Below, one piece after another: positions 10,450-20,089 of a stretch of 64,000 nucleotides of DNA. Both the position numbers and the translations under genes were made by a program. The notes beneath the pieces were generated by a model. The model saw only the letters and a list, made by a program, of their open reading frames with translations, did no database searches and had not been told where the DNA came from. Position 1 is the first letter of the stretch. Every line of letters starts with the position of its first letter. The stretch is from Holophagaceae bacterium (GTDB lineage Bacteria; Acidobacteriota; Holophagae; Holophagales; Holophagaceae): positions 63 through 64,062 of the forward strand of contig PLUC01000148.1 of assembly GCA_003165415.1 (NCBI GenBank). Reading direction: 5' to 3'.

Positions 10450-11055
10450 ATGTCCGAATACCAGTGGAACGATAGGTTCGCCGAAGCCGACTTCGCCTAT
10501 GGCCGGGAGCCCAATGATTTCCTCCGGGAATCCGCGGCGGCCATTCCCCCCGGGCCGGTCCTGTGCCTGGCGGAAGGGCAAGGCCGGAACGCCGTGTTCC
10601 TGGCCGCCCGGGGCCACCAGGTAGAGGCGGTGGACCTCTCCGAAGTTGGCTTGGCGAGGGCCCGGGAACTGGCCGCAGAAAGGCGCGTCGCCATCCGGAC
10701 CACCGTCGCTGATCTCGAGGCGTTAGATATGGGGCAGGACGCATGGAGCGGCATCGTGTCCATCTTCTGCCATCTGCCCGAAGCCGCCCGCAGGGCGGTC
10801 CACACTCGGATCCCGGGTGCCCTTGCCCCCGGCGGAGTGCTGATCCTGGAGGCCTACACCCCGCGCCAGCTCGCCTACGGCACCGGCGGCCCCCGGGAAC
10901 GGGAACGGCTCTGCCACCTGGAGCATCTCAAGGAGGACTTCCAAGGCCTGGTCTGGGAGACCGCGCGGGAGGTGGACCGGGAGGTCCAGGAGGGCCCGTA
11001 CCACCATGGCATGGGGGCCGTGGTGCAACTGCTGGGCAGGAAACCAGGGCCCTGA
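10450..11055 (+). CDS. class I SAM-dependent methyltransferase
   Basis: YGREPNDFL, VLCLAEGQGRNAVFLA, VDLS, LAPGGVLILEAY. Confidence 0.9.
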   Translation: MSEYQWNDRFAEADFAYGREPNDFLRESAAAIPPGPVLCLAEGQGRNAVFLAARGHQVEAVDLSEVGLARARELAAERRVAIRTTVADLEALDMGQDAWSGIVSIFCHLPEAARRAVHTRIPGALAPGGVLILEAYTPRQLAYGTGGPRERERLCHLEHLKEDFQGLVWETAREVDREVQEGPYHHGMGAVVQLLGRKPGP

Positions 11056-11111
11056 GCCCGGTCAGCGGGTGGATGCGGGCCGGAGGATCTCGGCCTCCCC
11101 TTCGCCCAGGC

Positions 11112-13268
11112 TCAACCCGTCCCTCCCGCCAGGCCCCGGTTGAACTTGAGCATCACCCTTTTCAATCCATCGTTCAGCACCAGGCAGACGACCATGGCAT
11201 AGGTGAGCAGGACCAGGATTTCCCTCCATGGCAATGGGGTGAAGCGAGGCAGAACGAACGTCAGGCAGGTGCCGATCAGCCATTCCGCGGCCAGGGCGGC
11301 CAGCAGCGGAACACTGGGCCGGCTGGCCCAGAACCACCGCCGTTCCCGCAGCGACAGGATGGAACAGGGTGCGAAGTAGAGCAGCATGAGGAAACAGAAA
11401 GTGGAGCAGGCCTTCGGGTCGTCGCGCAGGCCGAACCGGGACCAGCCGAAGGCCAGGAGCAGAAGGGCCTCGGCCACCATGGCCGTCCCCACCGCCACCG
11501 CCATCGCGATGTAGCCGCCGATGTTCCAGGTCTCCGGGGACCGGGACGGCCGCACGTGGTCAGTGGCCAGGGAGATCTTCCCGAAATCGGTGACCAGGGT
11601 CAGCATCAGCATGGCGAAGGCGGAAACGACGAACCTGCCCGTGGCCACGTAGGCGATGGTCACGAACCCGCCTTTGAGGATCGTGCGGCTGATCTTGTTC
11701 AGGATCCAGGTGAGGACCCGCTGGTAGATGCTGCGCCCCTGCTCCACCAGGGAGACGATGTTGGCCAGCCCCGGTTCGGTCAGGACCACGCTGGCCGAGG
11801 CTTTGGCCACGTCGGTGGCGCTGCTGACGGCGATACCCACCTCGGCCTGGCGCAGGGCGGGGGCATCGTTGACCCCATCGCCGGTCATCCCGACCACTTG
11901 CCCGTTGGCTTGCAAGTGCTTCACCACTAAATACTTGTCCTCTGGGTACAGCTCCGCGAAGCCGCCCGCCCCGGCCCAGGGATCCCCGGCGGTCCCGCCG
12001 GCGTCCGGTTCCCCCCGCTTCAACTCGGCCATCCGCCGGATATGGCTCAGCCCCAGGTCCCGGGCGATGTCGCTGGCCACGGAAAGGGCATCGCCAGTGA
12101 GCATCTTCACGTCGACGCCCAAGCCACGCAACTCGGCGATGAGCTTCCGGGCATCGGGCCTTGGAGGATCCTGCAGGATCACCAGTCCGAGCAATTCGGC
12201 CCTGGCCTGGGCGGGACCCGAGGCCACGGCCAGCACCCGGGACCCGCCCCGGACCGAGCCTCCGGCCTGCGCCTCCAGCGCCTCGATTGCCCGGGACTCA
12301 AGACCGCAGGCATCGGCGACGGATCGCAAGGCTCCTTTCATCACCCGGAATGGTTGCCCGTTCCGCTGGACCACCGCTTCGGCTTCGGTCCGGCGATTGG
12401 CCGGATCGAACGGCGCGAACGAAACCAGGGCCCACGGGGGGGACTCCTCCAGGACCTGTCGTTCCTTGGCCGCGCGCAGCAGCGCCAAGTCCAGGGGATC
12501 CTGGTTGGCCTCCTGAGACGCCAGGGCGGCCGCGGCCAGCACCGACGATTCGGTGGCGGCGCCCATCGGAATCACCCCGGTCACCACCAGCTGGTTCAGG
12601 GTGACGGTGCCCGTCTTGTCCACGCAGAGGGTCACCATGGTGGCCGCATCCTCCACCGCGCTCAGGCGGGTGACCAGCACACCCTGCCTGGCCAGTTCCT
12701 TGGCCCCCACCGCCAGGCTGACCGTGAACATGACCGGGAGGGCCACCGGCAGGGCGCTCATCAACAGCACCAGAAGGAGGGGGGCCACCTCCAGCAGCGG
12801 GGTGCCCCGGACCAGGTCTCCCGGCACCAGTTCCCGCGCGGGGATCAGCTGCCAGGTCCCCTCGCGCAGCACGCGGGCGGTGACCTGGAGGCGCTGCTTC
12901 AAGGTCTCGACCACCAGGGCCGAACGTCGCTCCTGCAGGAACCGCAATACCGCGTTGACCACCAGCAGGACCCCCGCCACTGCCAGGTCGGCGATCTTTC
13001 CCAGGAGCGCCGATAGCACCAGGATAAATTCGAGCATCCAGGCCGACAGTCCCCAGAACTTGCCCAGAAAGGCCAGCCACGGATTCCCCTTCGGCTCCGG
13101 CACTTCGTTGAAGCCGAATTCAGCCAGCCGGGCTGCCGCTTCCGCTTGGGTCAGGCCTTTGCCAGGGTCCACCCCCAGTGCCGACAAGGTTTCGGAGGCG
13201 GAGGAACGATCCGGGTCCGGAGCCGGTTCGGCTGCCATGAACGAATCCGGATTCACTCTCCCCCCCAT
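11112..13268 (-). pseudogene. P-type H+-efflux ATPase (type IIIA) with internal in-frame deletion of the actuator domain
   Basis: DKTGT, DPPR, MLTGD and MTGDGVNDAPAL present, but no TGES motif; ELVPGDLV runs directly into the TM4 region (RGTPLLE...ALPVALP). Confidence 0.75.
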
Positions 13269-13462
13269 GCCGCGGTTGAAGCATGAATGAAAATGCTATT
13301 AGTTATCAACCACTCAGTTCGAAGGTGGGTTTCCGATAGAACTTTTCGGTTTCAGGTTCAAGAGCAGAGCGCTGGCAGGGGTGGCGCTTGGGGTTGCAGC
13401 GGAGGCTTCTGGCAAGCCTACGGGAACGCATGGGCTGTTGGTCGGCAGGCTTGTTGCTTTGT

Positions 13463-13843
13463 TCAATTGAAAGGATCGTTCTGCATTTCAACCATCATAT
13501 CATCATCAACCATAAAATATTTGCTCCTATTTATGCGATCTCCCTTTTTGAAGGTTTTGTCCGGGTGCTGTTTCGAGACCATAGTGAAATTAATTTGATA
13601 TAGTTCTTTGCCGGAAATGGCAACAGCGACATTTCTCGCACCGGGAAGAAGATCCTTCTCTACGGTTTTATCGACCTTGTACTGGCCATTCTCGGCGATA
13701 GCCGTTTCCAGGATAACCGTTATGGTTTTAGTGCCGAGGTTGGTGAAATATTTGGTTACTGTGGCCGTAGCGTGTCCGGCGGCAAGTTGCATGCAACTCA
13801 CTATGGACAGTGTCAGTAAAAATGGCTTTGGGATGATTTTCAT
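13463..13843 (-). CDS. hypothetical secreted protein, low GC
   Basis: AAGGAGG RBS upstream; signal peptide MKIIPKPFLLTLSIVSCMQLAAG; AT-rich codons. Confidence 0.6.
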   Translation of the reverse strand: MKIIPKPFLLTLSIVSCMQLAAGHATATVTKYFTNLGTKTITVILETAIAENGQYKVDKTVEKDLLPGARNVAVAISGKELYQINFTMVSKQHPDKTFKKGDRINRSKYFMVDDDMMVEMQNDPFN

Positions 13844-14073
13844 CGATCCTCCTTGTGGACATGCAGACTTTCAGCTGGGTCTCGAAGTGGCATGGGCCCT
13901 GTTGCCGGATTGAGGAGAACAGCAAACGCCGAACCGGAAACCGACAGCAGGGACTCCAAAGGGGCCTCCCCTGCAATATAAGCCTGGCTGGTCGGAAATC
14001 AAATAAATTGAGTGGAGCAACGTAAGCCGTTGCGCAAAAATAACTTGAAGGTACTGTCGGAGTTCCGACATAA

Positions 14074-14124
14074 GGCTCCGCGCAAAAATTACTTGAAAAA
14101 CACAAGTAATTTTTGCGTGGATCC
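14074..14124. mobile_element. 51-bp MITE-like element (IS terminal inverted repeats only) with TAA target duplication
   Basis: TAA-GGCTCCGCGCAAAAATTACTTG-AAAAACA-CAAGTAATTTTTGCGTGGATCC-TAA: 22-bp IRs with 2 mismatches; degenerate extra copy at about 14023-14049. Confidence 0.55.
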
Positions 14125-14166
14125 TAACCTGCGGTTACCGCCCACTGGCTGATTGTTTCTCCTGGT

Positions 14167-14955
14167 TCAGCCCTGCGGAACAGGTGCGGTGATCCAGCCC
14201 CACTTGGCGAAAATGGGTCGGCAATCCGCCGATTCCAGGAACGCCAGGAAAGCCGCGGCCAATGCTGGCTCAGGCGTCCGTGTGGTCACCGCTGCCCCGC
14301 ATGAGCGGTAGACGGTCATCAAGGGTTCGGTAGGCACCGCGTCCGCCAACTCCGGGCTGGCCTTCTGCCATATGTTCCAAATGAGCCATGCATCCAAAGT
14401 CGGATCGGCCACCCAACTCTTGCGAGCCTCCGCGCTGTTGGCTGAGTGCAGAACGATCTGCTTCCGGAAAGCCCGGACCAGTGCCACATCCCCAGTCCGT
14501 CCCACCACGTCCTCCCATAACCCAAGCTGGCCCGCACCTTGGACCACCAGCACCCGGATGCCAGGCTTGGTGAGGTCCCGGACTCCGTGAATGTTCTTCG
14601 GGTTGCCTGGACGCACGAGAATCGCGGAAGGGCGAAGGTATAGGGTCTGAACCGCCTCGGCCTTGAGGATGCCAGGCAGGTCCCTTTGGACGAAGTCCGT
14701 CATCATGTATTCACTGCCGCTGAAAATGAGGTCCGCGTCCTTCAGTGCCTGCTCTTTCCAGACTGGCGTCGGGCCCGCGGTCACCTCCACAGCCACCTGC
14801 CGCTTTTCGGAAAAGGCCCTGGCAGCCTCCTTCATGGCCGGAGCAGGTCCCCCAGGTCCGTAGACATGCAGAACCGGAATGCCAGGTTTACCGGGGACCA
14901 TCGGCGCCTGGGCCAACAAGGGCATCGCGAGCAGGAGAGACAATAGGAAGCGCAT
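14167..14955 (-). CDS. AcfC-like periplasmic oxyanion-binding protein (ModA-type fold)
   Basis: signal peptide; VYGPGGPAPAMKEAA, DLIFSGSEYMM, LYLRPSAILVRPGNPKNI, GAGQ.GLWED. Confidence 0.8.
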   Translation of the reverse strand: MRFLLSLLLAMPLLAQAPMVPGKPGIPVLHVYGPGGPAPAMKEAARAFSEKRQVAVEVTAGPTPVWKEQALKDADLIFSGSEYMMTDFVQRDLPGILKAEAVQTLYLRPSAILVRPGNPKNIHGVRDLTKPGIRVLVVQGAGQLGLWEDVVGRTGDVALVRAFRKQIVLHSANSAEARKSWVADPTLDAWLIWNIWQKASPELADAVPTEPLMTVYRSCGAAVTTRTPEPALAAAFLAFLESADCRPIFAKWGWITAPVPQG

Positions 14956-15019
14956 CGGGTTCCTCCGGACGTGCTGAGGATAGCAGCCACCCTGTATTAA
15001 TTGTTAGTTATCTTTGAGA

Positions 15020-16381
15020 TTAATGATCGCGAAAAGGTTTCAATAAAGCAGCGAGCCGGGATAAACCCTCGGCCAGGGTGCTGCGATCAGGAGCCGAACC
15101 AATGGAAATGCGGATCCCATCCGCTGAAGGTGCCCGTCCCGCCGCCAGGACGCCGGAAGGCACGACCACAACTCCGGTGGCCAGCGCGCGTTTTGCGAAG
15201 GCATCGGAACCGCCGGGCGGTGAAGTCAGCCAGACGTGGGGGCAGTGGGGTTCACCCAGCCAGTGGAAATCCTGGAGGTGCTTCTGGCACAGGCGATAGC
15301 GCCCAGCAAGTTCAAGCCGCTGAGCGAGCAAACGTCTCCAGGCTGTGCCATCGTTCAACCAGCGCGTCGCCAAGGCCATGGTCAACCCGGAGACGTACCA
15401 GGTGGTGTGGTGCTCATCATTGCGCATACGGTCTCGCAGGCTGGGCGGGAGGACGAGGTAGCCGATGCGCAGTCCCGGCGCGACCGTTTTCGACAGGCCT
15501 GTGAGGTAGATGACACGCTCCGGCGCCAGAGTCACGAGGGCGGGGGGTGGGTTCTCGGGCAACAGCCCGTATACATCCTCTTCCACCAGCATGACATCCC
15601 ACTTCCTGGCGATCTCCACGATCCTCTGACGTCGGCTCAATCCCATGGTGGCGGTGGTGGGATTGTGCAGCGTCGGCGAGACCACGGCGACCCGCAACCC
15701 GCTTCGGCATGCCGTTTCAAAGGGCTCGGGCAGAAGCCCCTCCCCATCCATGGCGATCGGATGGAGGCGCCGCCGGAAATGACGAGCGGCTGCCTTGAGG
15801 CCTGGATAGACGAGTGCCTCGCAAGCCAGTTCCTCCTCCTCCGGAAAGAGGCCGATGGCGGTATCCATGGCATGCTGGGCTCCAGCGCACACGACGATGC
15901 TTTCGGTCTCAACCTCTATGCCGCGCCGCTTCAGCCAGCCTGAGGCGGCCTGGCGCTGGACCAGCACCTCATCAGGGCTGGGATAGTGCAAATACCGGGT
16001 TGCCTGGGTGGGGTCAAGTCTCCCCATGGTCGCCACCAGATCCCGGTCGCGGGCAGGCATGGGCGGCATATTGAGGGAAAGGTCGATCACCCCCCCCTCA
16101 GGCCTGTGCTGGAGGGCGAACAGGGCCGCCTCCGACGCGACGCCAAGCACGAAGGTTCCCCGCCCGACTTCCCCTCCCACCAGACGCCGCCGCGCAGCCT
16201 CATGATAGGCGCGGGTGATGGTGCTGACGTTCACACCCATCAAATCGGCCAGGAGGCGATGGGTGGGCAACACGTCCCCGGGACGCAACTGCCCCAGACG
16301 GACCGCATCCCCGATCGCGTCTGCTAATGCTAAGTAAACTGGAATACCAGATTTGGGTAATTTAGGAACCCACATTGTCAT
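15020..16381 (-). CDS. MocR/GntR family PLP-dependent transcriptional regulator
   Basis: wHTH (LPTHR.LA..MGVN.STI.RAY) plus aminotransferase domain (PTLHNPT, EEDVY, GLSKTVAPGLRIG). Confidence 0.92.
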   Translation of the reverse strand: MTMWVPKLPKSGIPVYLALADAIGDAVRLGQLRPGDVLPTHRLLADLMGVNVSTITRAYHEAARRRLVGGEVGRGTFVLGVASEAALFALQHRPEGGVIDLSLNMPPMPARDRDLVATMGRLDPTQATRYLHYPSPDEVLVQRQAASGWLKRRGIEVETESIVVCAGAQHAMDTAIGLFPEEEELACEALVYPGLKAAARHFRRRLHPIAMDGEGLLPEPFETACRSGLRVAVVSPTLHNPTTATMGLSRRQRIVEIARKWDVMLVEEDVYGLLPENPPPALVTLAPERVIYLTGLSKTVAPGLRIGYLVLPPSLRDRMRNDEHHTTWYVSGLTMALATRWLNDGTAWRRLLAQRLELAGRYRLCQKHLQDFHWLGEPHCPHVWLTSPPGGSDAFAKRALATGVVVVPSGVLAAGRAPSADGIRISIGSAPDRSTLAEGLSRLAALLKPFRDH

Positions 16382-16390
16382 GCACACAAT
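16374..16390. promoter_or_regulatory. inverted repeat in the MocR/dsrC divergent region
   Basis: ATTGT-N7-ACAAT overlapping the MocR start codon. Confidence 0.4.
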
Positions 16391-16464
16391 CCTTTTTCTC
16401 TTGGGAACAAAATAATACATCGGAAAGAGTTCGGTCATCGGTGAATCCCTTTCTTGGAGGTGTC

Positions 16465-16785
16465 ATGTCCCCCATCGTGTTTAATGGTCAGAACGTGGAA
16501 TTGAACGAGGAAGGGTTCCTGGTGGACCCCAGCCTGTGGACCGAAGCGCTCGCGCTGGAACTTGCCCGGGCCGAGGAAGGCCTGGAAGCGCTCACCGACG
16601 ACCACTGGTCGGTGATCCGGTTCATCCGCGGCCACTACCTGGAAACCCAGAGCGCGCCCATGGTGCGTTCCATCTGCAAGACCACCGGCGTGCCCCTGAA
16701 GCGGATCTACGATCTCTTCCCCAGCGGCCCGGCCAAGGGCGCCTGCAAGCTGGCCGGCCTGCCCAAGCCCGACGGTTGCGTGTAG
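16465..16785 (+). CDS. dsrC: DsrC/TusE family sulfur relay protein, two-cysteine DsrC type
   Basis: EEGFL.DP..W, LT.DHW.VI.FIR, C-terminal LFPSGPAKGACKLAGLPKPDGCV (CX10C); GGAGG RBS. Confidence 0.9.
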   Translation: MSPIVFNGQNVELNEEGFLVDPSLWTEALALELARAEEGLEALTDDHWSVIRFIRGHYLETQSAPMVRSICKTTGVPLKRIYDLFPSGPAKGACKLAGLPKPDGCV

Positions 16786-16789
16786 AGCC

Positions 16790-17419
16790 ATGAGGCCGCT
16801 GCATTTGGGTGTCCTGCTCGCACTGGCATGGGCCATCCTGGCCTTGGCCTTCCTGCTCCTGTTGGCCAAGGCCTACGGCAAGCGCAGGATGTATTCCAAG
16901 GCGGCCGGCGATCCGGTCCAGGGCGCCCGCTACGCCTTCACCAAGGGAATGGCGCCCTGGGCCAAAGAAAGCGTGATGATGAACCTGCCGTCCTACGGGG
17001 CGGGCATGGTCTTCCACGCTGGGGTGTTCACGGCTTTCGGCCTCCTGCTCATGGCGCTCCTTGGTCTGCGACTGCCTTCTATCCTGCTCACCGCCGCACG
17101 CCTGCTCACCTTGGCTGGGGGGTTCGGCGGCTTCAGCCTGTTGCTGAAGCGGTGCCTCAATACGCAACTCCGCGGGCTTTCCTGTCCGGACGATTTCATC
17201 TCCAACGTCCTGAGTTCCGCGTTCACACTGCTGGCGTTCCTGTGCACCTTCAGTCCGGTGGCCAGCGGGATCTGGATGGCCGAGGCCATCCTCCTCCTGA
17301 TCTATGCCCCTCTGGGCAAGATCCGGCACTGCCTGTTCTTCTTCACGACCCGGTACCACCTTGGCGCCTTTTTCGGCCGGCGGGGAACGTTCCCTCCAGG
17401 CGGGAGTTCCCATGCCTGA
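16790..17419 (+). CDS. DsrM/NarI-like membrane subunit
   Basis: about 5 TM helices; FH.GV and PLGKIRH motifs; lies between dsrC and the CCG-domain gene. Confidence 0.6.
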   Translation: MRPLHLGVLLALAWAILALAFLLLLAKAYGKRRMYSKAAGDPVQGARYAFTKGMAPWAKESVMMNLPSYGAGMVFHAGVFTAFGLLLMALLGLRLPSILLTAARLLTLAGGFGGFSLLLKRCLNTQLRGLSCPDDFISNVLSSAFTLLAFLCTFSPVASGIWMAEAILLLIYAPLGKIRHCLFFFTTRYHLGAFFGRRGTFPPGGSSHA

Positions 17420-18743
17420 ACTCGACGAACTCGAATCCCGCCTCGAGAGCCTCACCGCGGCCGATTTCCAGCGCGGCCTGGACGTCTTCCGCGGCAAGCT
17501 GAAAGAGGCTGAGGCCTCGTACCTGAACAGCTGCGTCCATTGCGGCCTTTGCGCCAGCTCCTGCCACTACTACCGCATGGACTCCATCTTGGAGAACATC
17601 CCGGCCCACAAGCTGGAGCTGATCGCCTCGGTCTTCAAGCGCAGCTTCACGACCATGGGCCGCCTCGCGCCGGGCCTGGTGGGCGCGAAACCGCTCGACA
17701 AGGAGATGGCGAGGGCCTGGGTGGACTCCATTTTCGGCCGGTGCTCCCTCTGTGGGCGCTGCTCGGTCAACTGCACCATCGGCATTGCCCTGCCCAGGAT
17801 CTTCCGGGCTGCCCGCGCCGCTCTGGGCGCCATGGGGCTGGTTCCGTCCGATCTCCAGGCCACCGTCGACAATTCGCTGAAATTCGGCAACAACATGGCC
17901 ATGACCAGGCAGGACTGGGTCGAGACCGTGGAGTGGATCGAGGAAGAGCTGCAGATGGAGACCGGCGATCCCGAGGCGAAGCTTCCCCTGGACAAGCAGG
18001 GCGCCAAGATCCTCTTCACCGTGAATCCCCGGGAACCCAAGTTCTTCCCGCTTTCCCTCCAGGCCAGCGCCAAGGTGTTCTGGGCCGCCAAGGAGGACTG
18101 GACCATGGCCTCCGATCCCGGCTGGGATCTGACCAACTACGGGCTCTTCAACTGCAACGACGAGCAGGCAGGCTGCATCACCAGCAACCTGGTGGAAGCC
18201 ATGGCGCGGCTGGGCTGCCAGACCCTGGTGATCGGTGAATGCGGCCACGGCTACGGTGCGGCGCGCTGGGAAGGCCCGGAATGGCTCCAGAAGAGCTATC
18301 CGTTCGAAGTGAAGAGCATCCTGGAACTGATGGATGAATACGTCCGCGACGGCCGTATCAAGCTGGACCCTTCGAAGAATCCCGTCCCGGTGACCCTGCA
18401 CGACCCCTGCAACCTGGTGCGCCACGGCGGGATCTGCGAAGCCCAGCGCAGGGTGCTGCGGCAGGCGACGATGACCTTCACCGAGATGACCCCCAACCGG
18501 GAGCACAATTTCTGCTGCGGCGGCGGCGGCGGCCAGCTGGCCATGGCGCGCTACAAAAACCGGCGGATCCAGTCGGGCGGCATGAAGGCCAAGCAGATCA
18601 GCGATTCCGGCGCCAGGATCGTGGTGGCGCCATGCCACAACTGCATCGACCAGCTCATGGAACTGAACAAGGAATACAAACTCAATGTGCAGATCAAGAC
18701 CGTCGCCGAGATGGTGGCGGAAGCCCTGGTTCCCAACACTTGA
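17412..18743 (+). CDS. DsrK/HdrD-like (Fe-S)-binding protein with CCG domain
   Basis: CVHCGLCASSC and CSLCGRCSVNC ferredoxin motifs; ECGHG, HDPCN, FCCGGGGG, PCHNC. Confidence 0.88.
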   Translation: MPELDELESRLESLTAADFQRGLDVFRGKLKEAEASYLNSCVHCGLCASSCHYYRMDSILENIPAHKLELIASVFKRSFTTMGRLAPGLVGAKPLDKEMARAWVDSIFGRCSLCGRCSVNCTIGIALPRIFRAARAALGAMGLVPSDLQATVDNSLKFGNNMAMTRQDWVETVEWIEEELQMETGDPEAKLPLDKQGAKILFTVNPREPKFFPLSLQASAKVFWAAKEDWTMASDPGWDLTNYGLFNCNDEQAGCITSNLVEAMARLGCQTLVIGECGHGYGAARWEGPEWLQKSYPFEVKSILELMDEYVRDGRIKLDPSKNPVPVTLHDPCNLVRHGGICEAQRRVLRQATMTFTEMTPNREHNFCCGGGGGQLAMARYKNRRIQSGGMKAKQISDSGARIVVAPCHNCIDQLMELNKEYKLNVQIKTVAEMVAEALVPNT

Positions 18744-18760
18744 ACCCACCGAGGTGAGAC

Positions 18761-19987
18761 ATGACCCTGACTGAAACATCCTCCCCCTACCTGCAGCTGG
18801 ACGAAGTTCCGTCCTGTCCGCTCATCTACCTGGACAACGGGGCCACGACCTTTCCGAAGCCCGACGAGGTCTACAGGTTCATGGACACCTTCTACCGCCA
18901 CGCCGGCGTGAACCCCGGCCGCAGCGGCTTCGACCTCTGCCTGGAGGCGGGCACCCTCTTGGACGACACCCGCAAGCTGCTCTGCCGCTTCTTCGGCGGC
19001 ACGGACTCCAACCGCCTGGTGTTCGGCTACAACTCCACCGACGCACTGAACCTGGCCATCTCCGGCCTCATCAAGGCGGGCGACCACGTGGTGAGCACCC
19101 ACATCGATCACAACGCGACCCTGCGCCCGCTCTGGAAGCTGGAACAGGAAGGTGTCGAGGTCGACTGGGTGGACTTCGACCTCATGGGCTGGGTGGACCC
19201 CCAGGACATCATCCGCCGCTTCAAAAAGAACACCATCGCGGTGGTGATGAACCACGGATCCAATGTCATCGGCACGGTGCAGGACGTCGCGACGGTCGGC
19301 AAGGCCTGCCGCGAGCGGGGCATCCACCTGATCCTGGATGTCAGCCAGACCGCCGGCATGGTACCTGTGAACCTGGACGGACTCGGCGCGGACGTCATCT
19401 GCTTCACCGGCCACAAGAGCCTGATGGGACCCATGGGCATCGGCGGGATGTATGTCCGGGAAGGGGTTGAGATCACCCGCACCCGGGCCGGCGGCACCGG
19501 CGTGAAGAGCGCCCAGCGCAGCCATCTGGACGAGTACCCCTACCGCATGGAATACGGCACGCCCAACCTGCCCGGCATCGCCGGCTTGAACGCGGGCGTG
19601 AAGTGGGTCGAGAAGCAGGGCATCGAGGCCATCCACCGCCATGAGATGGCCCTCTGGACCCGGCTGCGCGACGGCCTCCGGCCCATCCCCGGCGTCACCC
19701 TCTACTGTGCCGAGGACGTGCCGGGCAAGGAGCGCATCAGCGTCCTCTCCTTCAACGTGGACGGCCTGGAAGCCATGGACACCGGCACCATGCTCGACGT
19801 GGACTACAATATCGCCTGCCGGACCGGACTGCATTGCACGCCCATGGTCCACGAGCACCTGGGTACCGACAAGATCCACGGCACGGTCCGCTTCGGCATC
19901 GGCGCCTTCAACACCGAGACCCATATCGACGCCGCGATCCATGGCGTGAGGGAAATCGCCGAGATGCAAAAAAACCGGAAGAAGTGA
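18761..19987 (+). CDS. class V PLP aminotransferase / cysteine desulfurase-like protein
   Basis: IYLDNGATT, GHKSL (PLP lysine), EYGTPN, catalytic loop RTGLHC. Confidence 0.9.
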   Translation: MTLTETSSPYLQLDEVPSCPLIYLDNGATTFPKPDEVYRFMDTFYRHAGVNPGRSGFDLCLEAGTLLDDTRKLLCRFFGGTDSNRLVFGYNSTDALNLAISGLIKAGDHVVSTHIDHNATLRPLWKLEQEGVEVDWVDFDLMGWVDPQDIIRRFKKNTIAVVMNHGSNVIGTVQDVATVGKACRERGIHLILDVSQTAGMVPVNLDGLGADVICFTGHKSLMGPMGIGGMYVREGVEITRTRAGGTGVKSAQRSHLDEYPYRMEYGTPNLPGIAGLNAGVKWVEKQGIEAIHRHEMALWTRLRDGLRPIPGVTLYCAEDVPGKERISVLSFNVDGLEAMDTGTMLDVDYNIACRTGLHCTPMVHEHLGTDKIHGTVRFGIGAFNTETHIDAAIHGVREIAEMQKNRKK

Positions 19988-20089
19988 CGGCTGCCTGCAA
20001 CAGGCGGACTTCCGCATGATCATCCATTGAAAAAAACATTGACGGGACGAATTTCACGATTAGCCTGCAACCAACCCCAGGAAAACATC

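Noticed and set aside
13915-13975. GCAAAC...GAAA...GGGAC..AAAG resemblance to a c-di-GMP-I riboswitch
   Set aside because: Stems pair poorly and it is on the opposite strand to the adjacent gene; would need an Rfam scan
14023-14127. Possible mini-CRISPR array (similar repeats about 48 bp apart)
   Set aside because: Only two direct copies, the third is inverted, and there are no cas genes; better explained as IS ends
16465-18743. Calling the organism a canonical dissimilatory sulfate reducer
   Set aside because: No dsrAB, dsrJOP, sat or apr in the window; cannot be concluded from this sequence
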